A stretch of DNA of 64,000 bases, taken from the NCBI GenBank assembly GCA_963777125.1, contig CAVZPN010000048.1, forward strand, positions 1 through 64,000, in the 5' to 3' direction. This document shows, piece after piece, positions 52,696 through 62,258 of this stretch; positions within the stretch are counted from its first letter, which is position 1; each line of letters starts with the position of its first letter. Source of the stretch: an uncultured archaeon. GTDB taxonomy: Archaea > Nanobdellota > Nanobdellia > Woesearchaeales > UBA9642. The notes under the pieces were generated by a model, which made no database searches, was not told the origin of the DNA, and saw only the letters and a program-made list of their open reading frames with translations. The translations under genes and the position numbers were made by a program.

Positions 52696-53385
52696 TTACA
52701 TTAATTTAACATATCCTGCTTTTAATTCAAATATTTCTCCACGCATCATCATATCGCTAATAAAATCTTCACAATTAGAAATACCAGATAGTTTCAATAC
52801 ATCCTCAATATTTGCACCATTACCATTATCTAATGCTTTTATTAATTGAGCAATTTTATCTTTAGAACCTAAACTACCATGAGTTTCAACAATTTCCGGC
52901 TCAAGAGCCATTTTCTTTTCTATTTTTGGAAAATCTTCTGAAGTTCTAACTTTTTGAATTAAAGATAATTCTTTTTTACGATATGCAACCCATGACGGAG
53001 ATATTTTTTTAATTAATTCAATTGTTAAATATATTTGGCTATTAAAATCTCTAGGTCTTCCAACCACTAATACAACATCACCTACAACAATAGGTAACAT
53101 TTGTTCTGTTTTATCAAATATTCTACCACTAATTTGTCCTGTACCATCATCTAATACAACGCTAGTATCATCTTTTGAAACAACAACAGCCATAAGATTA
53201 ACTCTCGAAAAATCACCGTATTCAGTCATTAAATAACTAGATTCCCATCCTTGTTTTTTAATAAATACTCCATTAGTCAAAGTAATTATACTACATTTGT
53301 ATGCGGTTTGTCTTTTGATTTCTTCTGCCATTTTAATCAACTTAAATATTTTAATCAAATTATATTCTACTAATAAATCCTGCAC
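52696..53385 (-). CDS. OB-fold plus C-terminal winged-helix protein (RPA32/Stn1-like architecture), immediately downstream of mcm
   Basis: VNLMAVVVSK..VVLDDGTGQISGRIF..GDVVLVVGRP OB-like strands; overlaps the mcm 3' end. Confidence 0.4.
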   Translation of the reverse strand: MQDLLVEYNLIKIFKLIKMAEEIKRQTAYKCSIITLTNGVFIKKQGWESSYLMTEYGDFSRVNLMAVVVSKDDTSVVLDDGTGQISGRIFDKTEQMLPIVVGDVVLVVGRPRDFNSQIYLTIELIKKISPSWVAYRKKELSLIQKVRTSEDFPKIEKKMALEPEIVETHGSLGSKDKIAQLIKALDNGNGANIEDVLKLSGISNCEDFISDMMMRGEIFELKAGYVKLM

Positions 53386-55375
53386 GAGGAGTAAATATAA
53401 CTCCTTCTTTTTTCAACACATCAATTATGTCTTCAGCCTTTTCTGGATCAAGACCTCTCTCTTTAACTTTTAATAATATATCATCAACTGGGATTTGTTT
53501 ACCTATCTGTCCTTCAAGCTCCTTAATTATATCTTTAACAACAGAAATATTGCTTCTTTGAGATGCAGAAACTCCTGTTGTTATTCTATCAATATCTATT
53601 TTACCAGTCTCAGGATCTAAACCAATTTGCATTAAACAAAAGTGGACTAATTCTATTGCACGTCTTGCATCACTTTTCAATACTTTTGTTGCAAGTCTAA
53701 CTCGAGCGCTAGCTTCACTAAGTCTAATTAATGCTTCAAGCTGTCTTGCGGAAATTGGAATTGCTTTAAATGCGCCTTCATCATCCCCAGTACTTCTCAT
53801 TTTTACATAATATTCTTTTATTTCTTCTAATGCTTCATCAGTTAATACGGGATTAATATTTTGTTTTGCATAAGCAATATATTTTTTAATAAAATCGGTT
53901 CGTAATTCTGCTTCTCCACCACTAGATTTTTGATGTAATTTTAATATAAAATTTGCAGTTCTCTCATCTTTAATTTTATTTGGAAGATCTCTTATCGGAA
54001 ATATTAAATCAAATCTATTAATTAATGTTGATGGCAATTCTATTTGTTTTGCAAGCATTTCATAAGGATCGAATCGTCCAAATTTAGGATTTGCAGCAGC
54101 AAGTACCGTTGTTTCTGCTCTTAATGTTGCAGAAATATTTGCTTTGTTAATACTAATAGTCTGCTGTTCAAGAGCTTCGTGCATTGCGCTAGTATCTTCT
54201 TTAGTCATCTTATCTAATTCATCTATGCAACATATTCCTCTATTAGTTAGAACTAATGCTCCAGCTTCTAGCGCATATCCTCTTAAGAAATCATCTTTAA
54301 CAACTGTTGCAGTTAAACCCGCTGCACTTGCACCTTTTCCTGATACGAATCTCGATTTTGGTGCAACAATACTAATTCTTTTAAGCATTTGACTTTTACC
54401 TGATCCTGGATCACCAATTAATAATACGTGAATATCTCCTCTATTAATTGAACCATCATCTTTAACTTTTCGAACGCCACCGAATAATTGTAAAACTAAT
54501 GCTTCTTTTACTTTGTCGTGACCATAAATAGATGGAGCAATACTTCCTGTTAATTTTTTATATATTTTTGGATCTTCAGATAAATCTCTTATTTCTTTAA
54601 TATCTTCAGCTTTAATATTGAGTTCACTAAAATCTTCAGCAACAGATTCAGTATGATTAGCTTCAATCATTAAATCAAATCTAGTTAATTTTCCGCCATC
54701 TTTTGCAAGTATTGGAACTTCTTTTAATATTCCTGTAATAATGTTTTTACTACCAGGATTTGTTTTCTTTTCAGATAATGGACTTACTAAATCTCCTTTT
54801 AAGAAAATATCTAATCTTTTTGGTTGCTCAGATCCTTCAATATCTTCAGGCGCTTCTTCTAAAACAATTTTCTGAGCATCAATCATTTCTTTATTCATTA
54901 ATCTAAATCTTCCTTTACGACCGCAACCACATCTTGTCGGTTCATGAAATTTTGTATCAAGTTGTAGTACTGTCATAGTATTACCACATGCAGGACATTC
55001 AAATCGCGCGCTCGTAACTTGAGGTCTTACAGGAGATTTTTGTCTTATTATACCTGAAAGCTGTATTAATTTAGATAAATGTATTGCTCTAATATCTCTA
55101 ATCATAATTTCTTGCGATTTTGGTAAATTCTTAAATCTTAATTTAAAATTTTTAACATCAGGAAAATCAAATTGTTCAATAGCGATTTCGCAAGCTCTCA
55201 AAACATCTTCTGGAGTTTCTAAAAGTTGTTCAGCTAATTCAATATTAAATCTGCTTAAATCACTAAAATTAATTATTAAGAATTTTTCACCTTTAGACAC
55301 TGCGGCACGTAATTGTTCACCATAGACTACTTCAAAGAATTCGTGGAACTTTTCTATCTGCTCCGTAATTTCCAT
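53360..55375 (-). CDS. mcm: MCM replicative helicase
   Basis: C4 zinc finger (CPACG..CGCG), Walker A GDPGSGKSQ, Walker B CIDELDKM, arginine finger SARQ, C-terminal wH. Confidence 0.9.
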   Translation of the reverse strand: MEITEQIEKFHEFFEVVYGEQLRAAVSKGEKFLIINFSDLSRFNIELAEQLLETPEDVLRACEIAIEQFDFPDVKNFKLRFKNLPKSQEIMIRDIRAIHLSKLIQLSGIIRQKSPVRPQVTSARFECPACGNTMTVLQLDTKFHEPTRCGCGRKGRFRLMNKEMIDAQKIVLEEAPEDIEGSEQPKRLDIFLKGDLVSPLSEKKTNPGSKNIITGILKEVPILAKDGGKLTRFDLMIEANHTESVAEDFSELNIKAEDIKEIRDLSEDPKIYKKLTGSIAPSIYGHDKVKEALVLQLFGGVRKVKDDGSINRGDIHVLLIGDPGSGKSQMLKRISIVAPKSRFVSGKGASAAGLTATVVKDDFLRGYALEAGALVLTNRGICCIDELDKMTKEDTSAMHEALEQQTISINKANISATLRAETTVLAAANPKFGRFDPYEMLAKQIELPSTLINRFDLIFPIRDLPNKIKDERTANFILKLHQKSSGGEAELRTDFIKKYIAYAKQNINPVLTDEALEEIKEYYVKMRSTGDDEGAFKAIPISARQLEALIRLSEASARVRLATKVLKSDARRAIELVHFCLMQIGLDPETGKIDIDRITTGVSASQRSNISVVKDIIKELEGQIGKQIPVDDILLKVKERGLDPEKAEDIIDVLKKEGVIFTPRAGFISRI

Positions 55376-55492
55376 GATGTTATTATCAAAAGTTGCTAGT
55401 AACTTAAAATTGCATAATATTCAACAATGAATATCCCATAATTAAGTCAAATTAACTTTTGTACCCCCGTAATGTATATAACTTATAATAAC

Positions 55493-55633
55493 AAAAATTC
55501 GCTACTCAGGACTATTCACAATCTAAGGTTGTGGTATTGCGCCTTTGCTTAATCGCGAATTTTTGGGATTAAAAATTTCGGCCCAAAGGTCGAAATATTA
55601 AACTCCGACAAAATTTCTACCGAAATTTTTAAT
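55493..55633. repeat. Structured multi-hairpin repeat element, copy C (shorter)
   Basis: AAAAATTCGC ... GCGAATTTTT perfect 10-bp closing stem; 13-bp TTAAAAATTTCGG/CCGAAATTTTTAA stem. Confidence 0.7.
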
Positions 55634-55743
55634 AATATAATGTATAAAAGTTAAAATATATAAAAAAATATCGGATAAATTTTCGCAAATCTTCCGGAAA
55701 TTAGTTAAATTAATTAGTAATTATTTAGTATAATTTCTAATTT

Positions 55744-56331
55744 TTATTGTAATTTTTTTAATATTACAATTAATTTATCTAAAGCTTGTATTGCTTCTGC
55801 TTCACTCTTAGTTCCAGTACATACAACCTTACCATTACTAAATAATAAGAATGTAGCTTTTGCTTCAATTAACTTATATACTAAGCCTGGAAATTGTTCT
55901 GGTTCGTATTCAGTATTTGGAAGTTTCATTGCTAAACTGTTTAAGTTTAATGCCATACCAATACTTCCTGATGCAACCATATTTTGAACAGTAATCTTTG
56001 GCTTTATTGTTATTTTAATTCCAATCTTTTGTAAGCTTTCAATTATTTTTTGTATTGATTCTTCAACTTTTTGTAAACTTCGCGCGCCAGTACATACAAT
56101 TTTTCCTGAACTAAATATTAACGCAGATGTTTTTGGTTCTTTTATTCTTATAACTAAACCTGGAAATTGTTCTGGATTATATTCAGTATTACTTAATGTG
56201 GCAGCCATCTTCTCTAATGGAATGGTATGTTCAAGTGATGAACTTACAACAATATTTACAATCTGTAAACTTTTTTCAGTATTAGTTTCAACAACACTAC
56301 TCTTTGATTTCTTTACGCTTTTCTTAGCCAT
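55744..56331 (-). CDS. tbp: TATA-box binding protein
   Basis: Two direct repeats (...EYNPEQFPGLVIRI...SGKIVCTGARS / ...EYEPEQFPGLVYKL...NGKVVCTGTKS). Confidence 0.9.
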   Translation of the reverse strand: MAKKSVKKSKSSVVETNTEKSLQIVNIVVSSSLEHTIPLEKMAATLSNTEYNPEQFPGLVIRIKEPKTSALIFSSGKIVCTGARSLQKVEESIQKIIESLQKIGIKITIKPKITVQNMVASGSIGMALNLNSLAMKLPNTEYEPEQFPGLVYKLIEAKATFLLFSNGKVVCTGTKSEAEAIQALDKLIVILKKLQ

Positions 56332-56788
56332 TTTGTATCCCCCTAAAGTTCTTACAAATATTTTTTATTGACTATATTTATGAACCACAGTAATTGCTTT
56401 AAGCAGTTCATTTATAAAGAGAAATAAAGAATGATTTATAAATACTTTTGTTTGTGCTTAAAATGAATTAGACTTCAGAGTTAAGTATAGCCCTCCAAAG
56501 GAAATAGAGGTATGTTGTCCCTTGTTGAGTGACAACCTATATTTCCTATGGAAAAGTACTTGTGCGTAAAAAACGCATTTATACGGCTTAAATAATACAA
56601 ATTCTAATCTAGTATACAAAAAAACACACTTTTTAACCCCTTCATTGTATATGGAACATTACTGAAAAGTGACATTAAAACAGAACTATTTTTAAGGAAA
56701 ATCAACATATAATTTATCAAAAACTATTTATCAAAAATAGCCTCAGTACCTATATATAGTCCTATACTTAACATCAAAATCATAAAAA

Positions 56789-58426
56789 TTACTTTTCAAC
56801 TTCAAGCAATCTTTTAGTGTGTCTTTCTTCTTCTATTGCAGTTAAAGTTACTTTAGGTAAAAATATTGCTGGCGCACTTTCTTGAACTGGAACCCCGCCA
56901 GAAGTAGAACCACAAGTTCCAAGAGTTATTTTATATTCATTACCAATACCTTGTATTTGTTGAAGTAATTCATAAGGACTACCAACAACAACAGCATTAA
57001 TTATTCTTTCACGTGTACCATTAGTATATATTTTCCAGATAGCATCAGGTTCAATCATAAACATAGAAGTTGTTACATCAACAGATCCTGCACCAGAACT
57101 TATATATAAACCATACTCTAACCCTTGTTTTTTACAATAATTTAACATCATCTCTTCTAACTTAGTATTACTAACACCTTTTGAACTATAAATTTCCATA
57201 TTACTAGTTCTAGGTTCGGGAGGAATAGATACAGGAGTTCCATTTTTAGTTACACCCATAACCCACTCGGCTCTTGCATGACCATTAGAATTAGTATTAA
57301 AATGCGCAGCCGAATTTCTATCAAGTAAATAATTTTTTAATACACCATTTTCTACAAGAACTGTTCGTTTAGCACGTATTCCTTCATCATCAAATAAATA
57401 ATAACCATTAGCCGTTTTATCTAAAGGATTATCTATAACATTTATATCTAGAGGCATTATTTTTTCTCCTATTTTATTTTTAAAAGTAGTACTTTCTCCT
57501 GAACAAATATATGACCCTGAAAGTAGATGTCCTCCAAGACCTTCATGAAATAATGTTCCTGCAGCACTTGGTCCAAAAATTATAGGGTATTGACCGCTTT
57601 GTGCAAATTTAGCTAATTGTTCTTCATTAATATCATTAAGAACATTAGTATGTATTTTAGCTAAAATAGCATCTATATTTTTATAATCAGGATTTAATAC
57701 TGACTCTGAATAGAATTTTTGTGAACCTGATTCGTGATTAAAAGTAACAGTCACATTAAAGACTTCACGATAATTATTATTAAAAATGTTTCTTCCTTCA
57801 CTATCAACAAAGAAATTTCTATCAAGTGCATTTCGCATAAATACATCAACAGCCACAACACTTTTATTTGTTAAAAGAGTGTCACTAAATTTAGAATATG
57901 AATCTAGTTCTTTTTTCCCAAGTTTTCTTGAAGTAAGAACAGAATCCTGATGTACTCCTACTTCTTCTTTAGATAATCTATAATATTCTTTTTCATTTTT
58001 TATTAATATTCCATCAGCTATTTGACATAAATAAGTAGATAAAGCAGATTTTAAAGCAAAATCCATACAATCATCAATATTAGAATAAATATGTTTAGGA
58101 TCACGCGGAAATTGCTGACCAGCATAACTTCCAGAACTATAACCATTAAGTTCATCTCCAATCATACTATTAATATATAATCCAGTAGGATTATTAACAA
58201 TATTTTTGAAAACTATCCCACCATTATTCATCTTGGTAGAAATAATATCTTTTTCTTTATATAAGACAGATAAATAAGTCGGTTTTATATCAATAGATTG
58301 ACCATAAATCTTTAAATTTTGAGAAACATTTTCCCATCTTTTAATATTTCTAGATATAGTGTCAAGTATTTCTCTTTCTAAATCTCTATTGTTACCCATT
58401 GTATTCACCACCCAAAATAACATCAA
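56789..58426 (-). CDS. TldD/PmbA-family (U62) peptidase-like protein
   Basis: FHEGLGGH (HExxxH-like as in TldD), Gly-rich C-terminal half. Confidence 0.45.
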   Translation of the reverse strand: MMLFWVVNTMGNNRDLEREILDTISRNIKRWENVSQNLKIYGQSIDIKPTYLSVLYKEKDIISTKMNNGGIVFKNIVNNPTGLYINSMIGDELNGYSSGSYAGQQFPRDPKHIYSNIDDCMDFALKSALSTYLCQIADGILIKNEKEYYRLSKEEVGVHQDSVLTSRKLGKKELDSYSKFSDTLLTNKSVVAVDVFMRNALDRNFFVDSEGRNIFNNNYREVFNVTVTFNHESGSQKFYSESVLNPDYKNIDAILAKIHTNVLNDINEEQLAKFAQSGQYPIIFGPSAAGTLFHEGLGGHLLSGSYICSGESTTFKNKIGEKIMPLDINVIDNPLDKTANGYYLFDDEGIRAKRTVLVENGVLKNYLLDRNSAAHFNTNSNGHARAEWVMGVTKNGTPVSIPPEPRTSNMEIYSSKGVSNTKLEEMMLNYCKKQGLEYGLYISSGAGSVDVTTSMFMIEPDAIWKIYTNGTRERIINAVVVGSPYELLQQIQGIGNEYKITLGTCGSTSGGVPVQESAPAIFLPKVTLTAIEEERHTKRLLEVEK

Positions 58427-58589
58427 TTCAATTTAACTACGACAAAATTAATTATATCTCAATTTTAATATCACTAATATATATTTGTTTGCATTTTACA
58501 ACTTTAAAATTAATACAATTCTCATAAAACACAAACTATATAAAAACACCTTATCGCTTTGATTACATATTAATATTAAAAGGTGATTT

Positions 58590-59018
58590 ATGATGGAAAT
58601 TAAAGGCGTTCAAGTTATAACTTATGATAATAATGGAGAGTTATTCTTCTTAATACTTAGACGAGTAGAAGGTTGGCATGGCTGGGAATTCCCTAAAACA
58701 TTATTAAAAGAACATGAAACAGAAGAACAAGCTGTTGCAAGACTAATGGATGATCAAGTAGGAATAAGTAAATCGAAATTAATCAGAAAATTAAATAGTA
58801 CTCAAGCATTCCAAGATGGCCAAGATACACACGTGTTCCAATTATATTTAATAAATGCATCAATGAATATTCCTGTAAAACACTATGCTGACGCTAAAAA
58901 ACATGATAATTACTTATGGGCAATGAGAGAGAGTGTTCAAGCAAAACTTACTTGGGAACCAGAAAAAGTTGCATTAAAAGAAGCAATAGAAATAATCAAA
59001 GAAGTTGAAGACTTGTAA
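58590..59018 (+). CDS. Nudix-fold hydrolase (degenerate Nudix box)
   Basis: GWEFPKTLLKEHETEEQAVARLMDDQVG approximates G-x5-E-x7-REUxEExGU with RE to RL and EE to DD. Confidence 0.4.
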   Translation: MMEIKGVQVITYDNNGELFFLILRRVEGWHGWEFPKTLLKEHETEEQAVARLMDDQVGISKSKLIRKLNSTQAFQDGQDTHVFQLYLINASMNIPVKHYADAKKHDNYLWAMRESVQAKLTWEPEKVALKEAIEIIKEVEDL

Positions 59019-59076
59019 ATAACTTTTTTATTTTTAATTTATTTTAGTTTTAATAATATATTAAAAAAAACTATTT

Positions 59077-59907
59077 TTATTTCATCAATTCTTGTACTTC
59101 TTTATTTGTTAAGAATCGCCACTTACCAAGTTTTACATCCATTCTTAGATTTCCGATTTTAGTTCTTGATAACTCAGTAACATAATAACCTAATTTAAAG
59201 AATAGTCTTTTAACAATCCACTTTTTACCTTCATGAATTGTAACTTCTACTTGATCTTTATGATAAACCTTAACTTTAGCTTTGATTTTACCATCCTGTA
59301 AAAATACTCCTTGTTCTATTTTTGCAATATCTTCAGAACTAATTTTCTTATCCAATTTTACAAAATATGTTTTTTCTTTCTCATATCTTGGATGTGTTAT
59401 CTTATTAGAAAATTCACCATCATTAGTCAATAATAATAAACCAGTAGTATTTTTATCAAGTCTTCCAACAGGAAATATCCTCTCATTAATAGGTATTAAA
59501 TCAAGTACACTTTTGTCAACAAGCTTACTTAATGTTGCTTCGTAATGTTTTGGTTTATTTAACATAATATATACGGGAGCACTTTTTTCAATTAAAGTAG
59601 TATTTGCATAAATCTCGTCATGATCAAGATCAGCTTTATCGCCAAGCTTAATTAATTTACCATTAACTCGAACCTTTCCAAATGCGATTAATTCTTCTGC
59701 CTTACGTCTACTACAATAGCCACTAGCAGCAATTATTTTTTGTACTCTTTCTTCCATAAAGACTGTTACTACGATTCCTTTTATAAACATTTTTAAAATA
59801 CTCTTGATTAATAACATTATGAGTAACACTCCTACAATATCACGGACTACAGATACTAATTTAAATACTAAATCCGACAACATATTCGATGTAGTTATTC
59901 CAAGCAA
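59077..59907 (-). CDS. RsuA/RluB-family pseudouridine synthase with S4 domain; true start probably the internal Met (MEERVQKII) near 59754
   Basis: S4 motif (IAASGYCSRRKAEELI), catalytic FPVGRLDKNTTGLLLLTNDG; upstream 51 codons are hydrophobic and low-complexity. Confidence 0.7.
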   Translation of the reverse strand: MLGITTSNMLSDLVFKLVSVVRDIVGVLLIMLLIKSILKMFIKGIVVTVFMEERVQKIIAASGYCSRRKAEELIAFGKVRVNGKLIKLGDKADLDHDEIYANTTLIEKSAPVYIMLNKPKHYEATLSKLVDKSVLDLIPINERIFPVGRLDKNTTGLLLLTNDGEFSNKITHPRYEKEKTYFVKLDKKISSEDIAKIEQGVFLQDGKIKAKVKVYHKDQVEVTIHEGKKWIVKRLFFKLGYYVTELSRTKIGNLRMDVKLGKWRFLTNKEVQELMK

Positions 59908-60442
59908 TAATGAAGAAGTATTTATTAATACAGCATTAGAACTAAATTACACAAAAATAGTTTTCTTAACAAACAATATTAATTATAAATTAGACACAAC
60001 AAAAATAGATCCTAAAAAGTTAACTAAAATTGAACTTAAAACAGCATACTTAATTAAAGATAGTTCAGAAATAGCTTTTGCACGTAAACGTTTTAATTAT
60101 ATCTTTGCAATAGCCGAGCGAAAATATTTTGAATCAAAAGTTGACTTCATTATATACTCTGAAGAATCTGAAAGACGAGATTCATTTCATTATAGAGCAA
60201 CTAGCTTAAATCAAGTACACGCACAATTATCTAAAGATAATAATAGTTCTATAGTGATAAATTTCGGAGCGCTATTAACAGATACAAAAAATATCAGGTT
60301 AATATTTGGAAGAATGAATCAAAATGCCAAACTTATTAAAAAATATAAATTAACATATAATACATTTAGTCTTGCTAAAAGTCCTGAACTAATGAGATCT
60401 AAAATCATACTTTCTTCTCTTGAAAACGTGTTAAAATTGTAA
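59804..60442 (+). CDS. Hypothetical protein
   Basis: Intact 212-aa ORF. Confidence 0.35.
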   Translation: MINNIMSNTPTISRTTDTNLNTKSDNIFDVVIPSNNEEVFINTALELNYTKIVFLTNNINYKLDTTKIDPKKLTKIELKTAYLIKDSSEIAFARKRFNYIFAIAERKYFESKVDFIIYSEESERRDSFHYRATSLNQVHAQLSKDNNSSIVINFGALLTDTKNIRLIFGRMNQNAKLIKKYKLTYNTFSLAKSPELMRSKIILSSLENVLKL

Positions 60443-60446
60443 TAAT

Positions 60447-60857
60447 ATGGGCTGGCTAAATATGCTTCAAACAAAATCCATTCTTGCGAAAATAGAAGAT
60501 ACTGATGGAATAAGAATATCAATTATGTCAAGACACACTCTTAATGACGGAATAACTTCTCATCCAAACATAACTTCATCTAGTTATGATTGGTGGATTA
60601 AATCTTTAGCGCCTCAAAGCAAGCTCATTGGAGAATACTATAAAAGAAATTTACCTTGGAAAGATTTTGAAAATAGATATATTAATTACATTAGAGAACC
60701 TAAAATGCAAAACGAGGTTAAAGCTCTTGCAAAACTTGCACTTAACGAAATAATAACAATATTATGTATTGAAGATTCACCAGAATACTGTCATCGTAGA
60801 CTTTTAGCTGAAGAATGTAAAAGATATGAACCTGACCTAGTTCTATATATACGTTAA
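60447..60857 (+). CDS. DUF488-family protein
   Basis: C-terminal LCIEDSPEYCHRRLLAEEC matches the DUF488 C-x-E-x-x-P-x-x-CHR signature. Confidence 0.55.
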   Translation: MGWLNMLQTKSILAKIEDTDGIRISIMSRHTLNDGITSHPNITSSSYDWWIKSLAPQSKLIGEYYKRNLPWKDFENRYINYIREPKMQNEVKALAKLALNEIITILCIEDSPEYCHRRLLAEECKRYEPDLVLYIR

Positions 60858-60943
60858 TTAAGTCATATAATCCATTGATAAAAATTTTCTAAAAAACCTT
60901 CGATAACATAAACTTTATATAATCCCTAATCAAGCAAAGTACA

Positions 60944-61729
60944 ATGTATGGATATTGGGATTCAGTAAAGCATAATTATTCTTTTAGTAAAGATGAATTG
61001 AAAGAATTATTCATAACTAGTTTAGCATTTGCATTTATGCTAACTTCTTACTATGAAAATATATTTGTTATAAGTGGAGATATAAGAATACAATTATCCG
61101 ATAAAACACTATCCTTCTTTTTATTATCATTAGCAGCAGTATTTGTAGCTATGTATATTCATGTTGCCTTACAAAAATTGGCCGGAATAAAATTAGGATA
61201 TAAAGTCACATATACGTACTGGCTTAATGGAATATTAATAGGATTATTTTTATCAATATTAACATTCGGTAAAATACCATTATTATCAGTATTTTTACTT
61301 CCTGGAGCTGTAACACTTAAACATGTATCAACAATGCGTCTAGGAAAATTCATGTTCGGAATGAATGCCAAAGATATTGCAAGAATTAGTGTGGCAGGGC
61401 CAGTTGCGCACATATTAATAGTAACAGTTCTCGGAACACTTTACTTCATTACTGATAAAAATCCTTTAGTATATAGATTAATTGTTGCTAATTTACTACT
61501 ATTAGTATATTCAATGCTACCTGTACCTAAAATAGATATGCCAACAAGAATAGATAGTGCAAGTGATGGTCTTGGAATATTCTTCTATTCAAGAATGGTT
61601 TACTTACTATGCGCGGCAACAACGTTATTTTATGTAGTATTAGTGTTATCGGCAAGCATATTCTCTTTCGTATTAGCTTTTACACTTGGACTTGCAACTG
61701 TAGGAATATTTAGTGTTACAATGAAATAA
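60944..61729 (+). CDS. Polytopic membrane protein, hypothetical
   Basis: 6 or more hydrophobic helices. Confidence 0.45.
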   Translation: MYGYWDSVKHNYSFSKDELKELFITSLAFAFMLTSYYENIFVISGDIRIQLSDKTLSFFLLSLAAVFVAMYIHVALQKLAGIKLGYKVTYTYWLNGILIGLFLSILTFGKIPLLSVFLLPGAVTLKHVSTMRLGKFMFGMNAKDIARISVAGPVAHILIVTVLGTLYFITDKNPLVYRLIVANLLLLVYSMLPVPKIDMPTRIDSASDGLGIFFYSRMVYLLCAATTLFYVVLVLSASIFSFVLAFTLGLATVGIFSVTMK

Positions 61730-61901
61730 TCGACGTAAAAACGATAAATTATTCTATAAAGAGCATAAAACAAAAAATAGCTTCTTGACTAACCGACTAT
61801 TAAATAACTTTTCTTCGACTACAAAAAACACGCAAAATAATAAACTTTATAAACTCGTTCCTCTAAGAACGATTACTATAACTCACAAAAGATGAGTTGG
61901 G

Positions 61902-62150
61902 GTGAATAAAATGGCTGAAGTAGTAGCAAAAGTCGGTGTAAAGAAGGAAAAGGGAATGTTATACTTTGTAGATAAACAAGGAGACATCTCTTGCGCAACA
62001 ATGGCTCGTGGCGGAAAAGCTAAAAAGGGCACAAAGAAAGTAGCAAAAGTCGGTGTTAAAAAACAATCCGGTTTCTTGTATTTCGTAGACAAGAAAGGTA
62101 ACGTTTCAAGAGCAAAAATGGCTCGTGGCGGCCGAAAGAAGAAGAAGTAA
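61902..62150 (+). CDS. Small basic protein made of two tandem 36-aa repeats
   Basis: VAKVGVKK(E/Q)xG(M/F)LYFVDK(Q/K)G(D/N)(I/V)SxAxMARGG(K/R) twice, ending RKKKK. Confidence 0.45.
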   Translation: MNKMAEVVAKVGVKKEKGMLYFVDKQGDISCATMARGGKAKKGTKKVAKVGVKKQSGFLYFVDKKGNVSRAKMARGGRKKKK

Positions 62151-62258
62151 ATTCTTTAGTATTTTTTTATTAAATTTTATAATACAAGAGGATAAAACCT
62201 CTTGGTGTTATTTTTCTATTATAACTTAGTCGGAATTAAGCATTTTAAAATATTATAA

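Noticed and set aside
59755-59907. N-terminal 51 codons of the pseudouridine synthase ORF
   Set aside because: Hydrophobic and low-complexity, preceding a canonical S4-domain start (MEERVQK); treated as a likely ORF over-extension rather than a true TM extension, but not proven.
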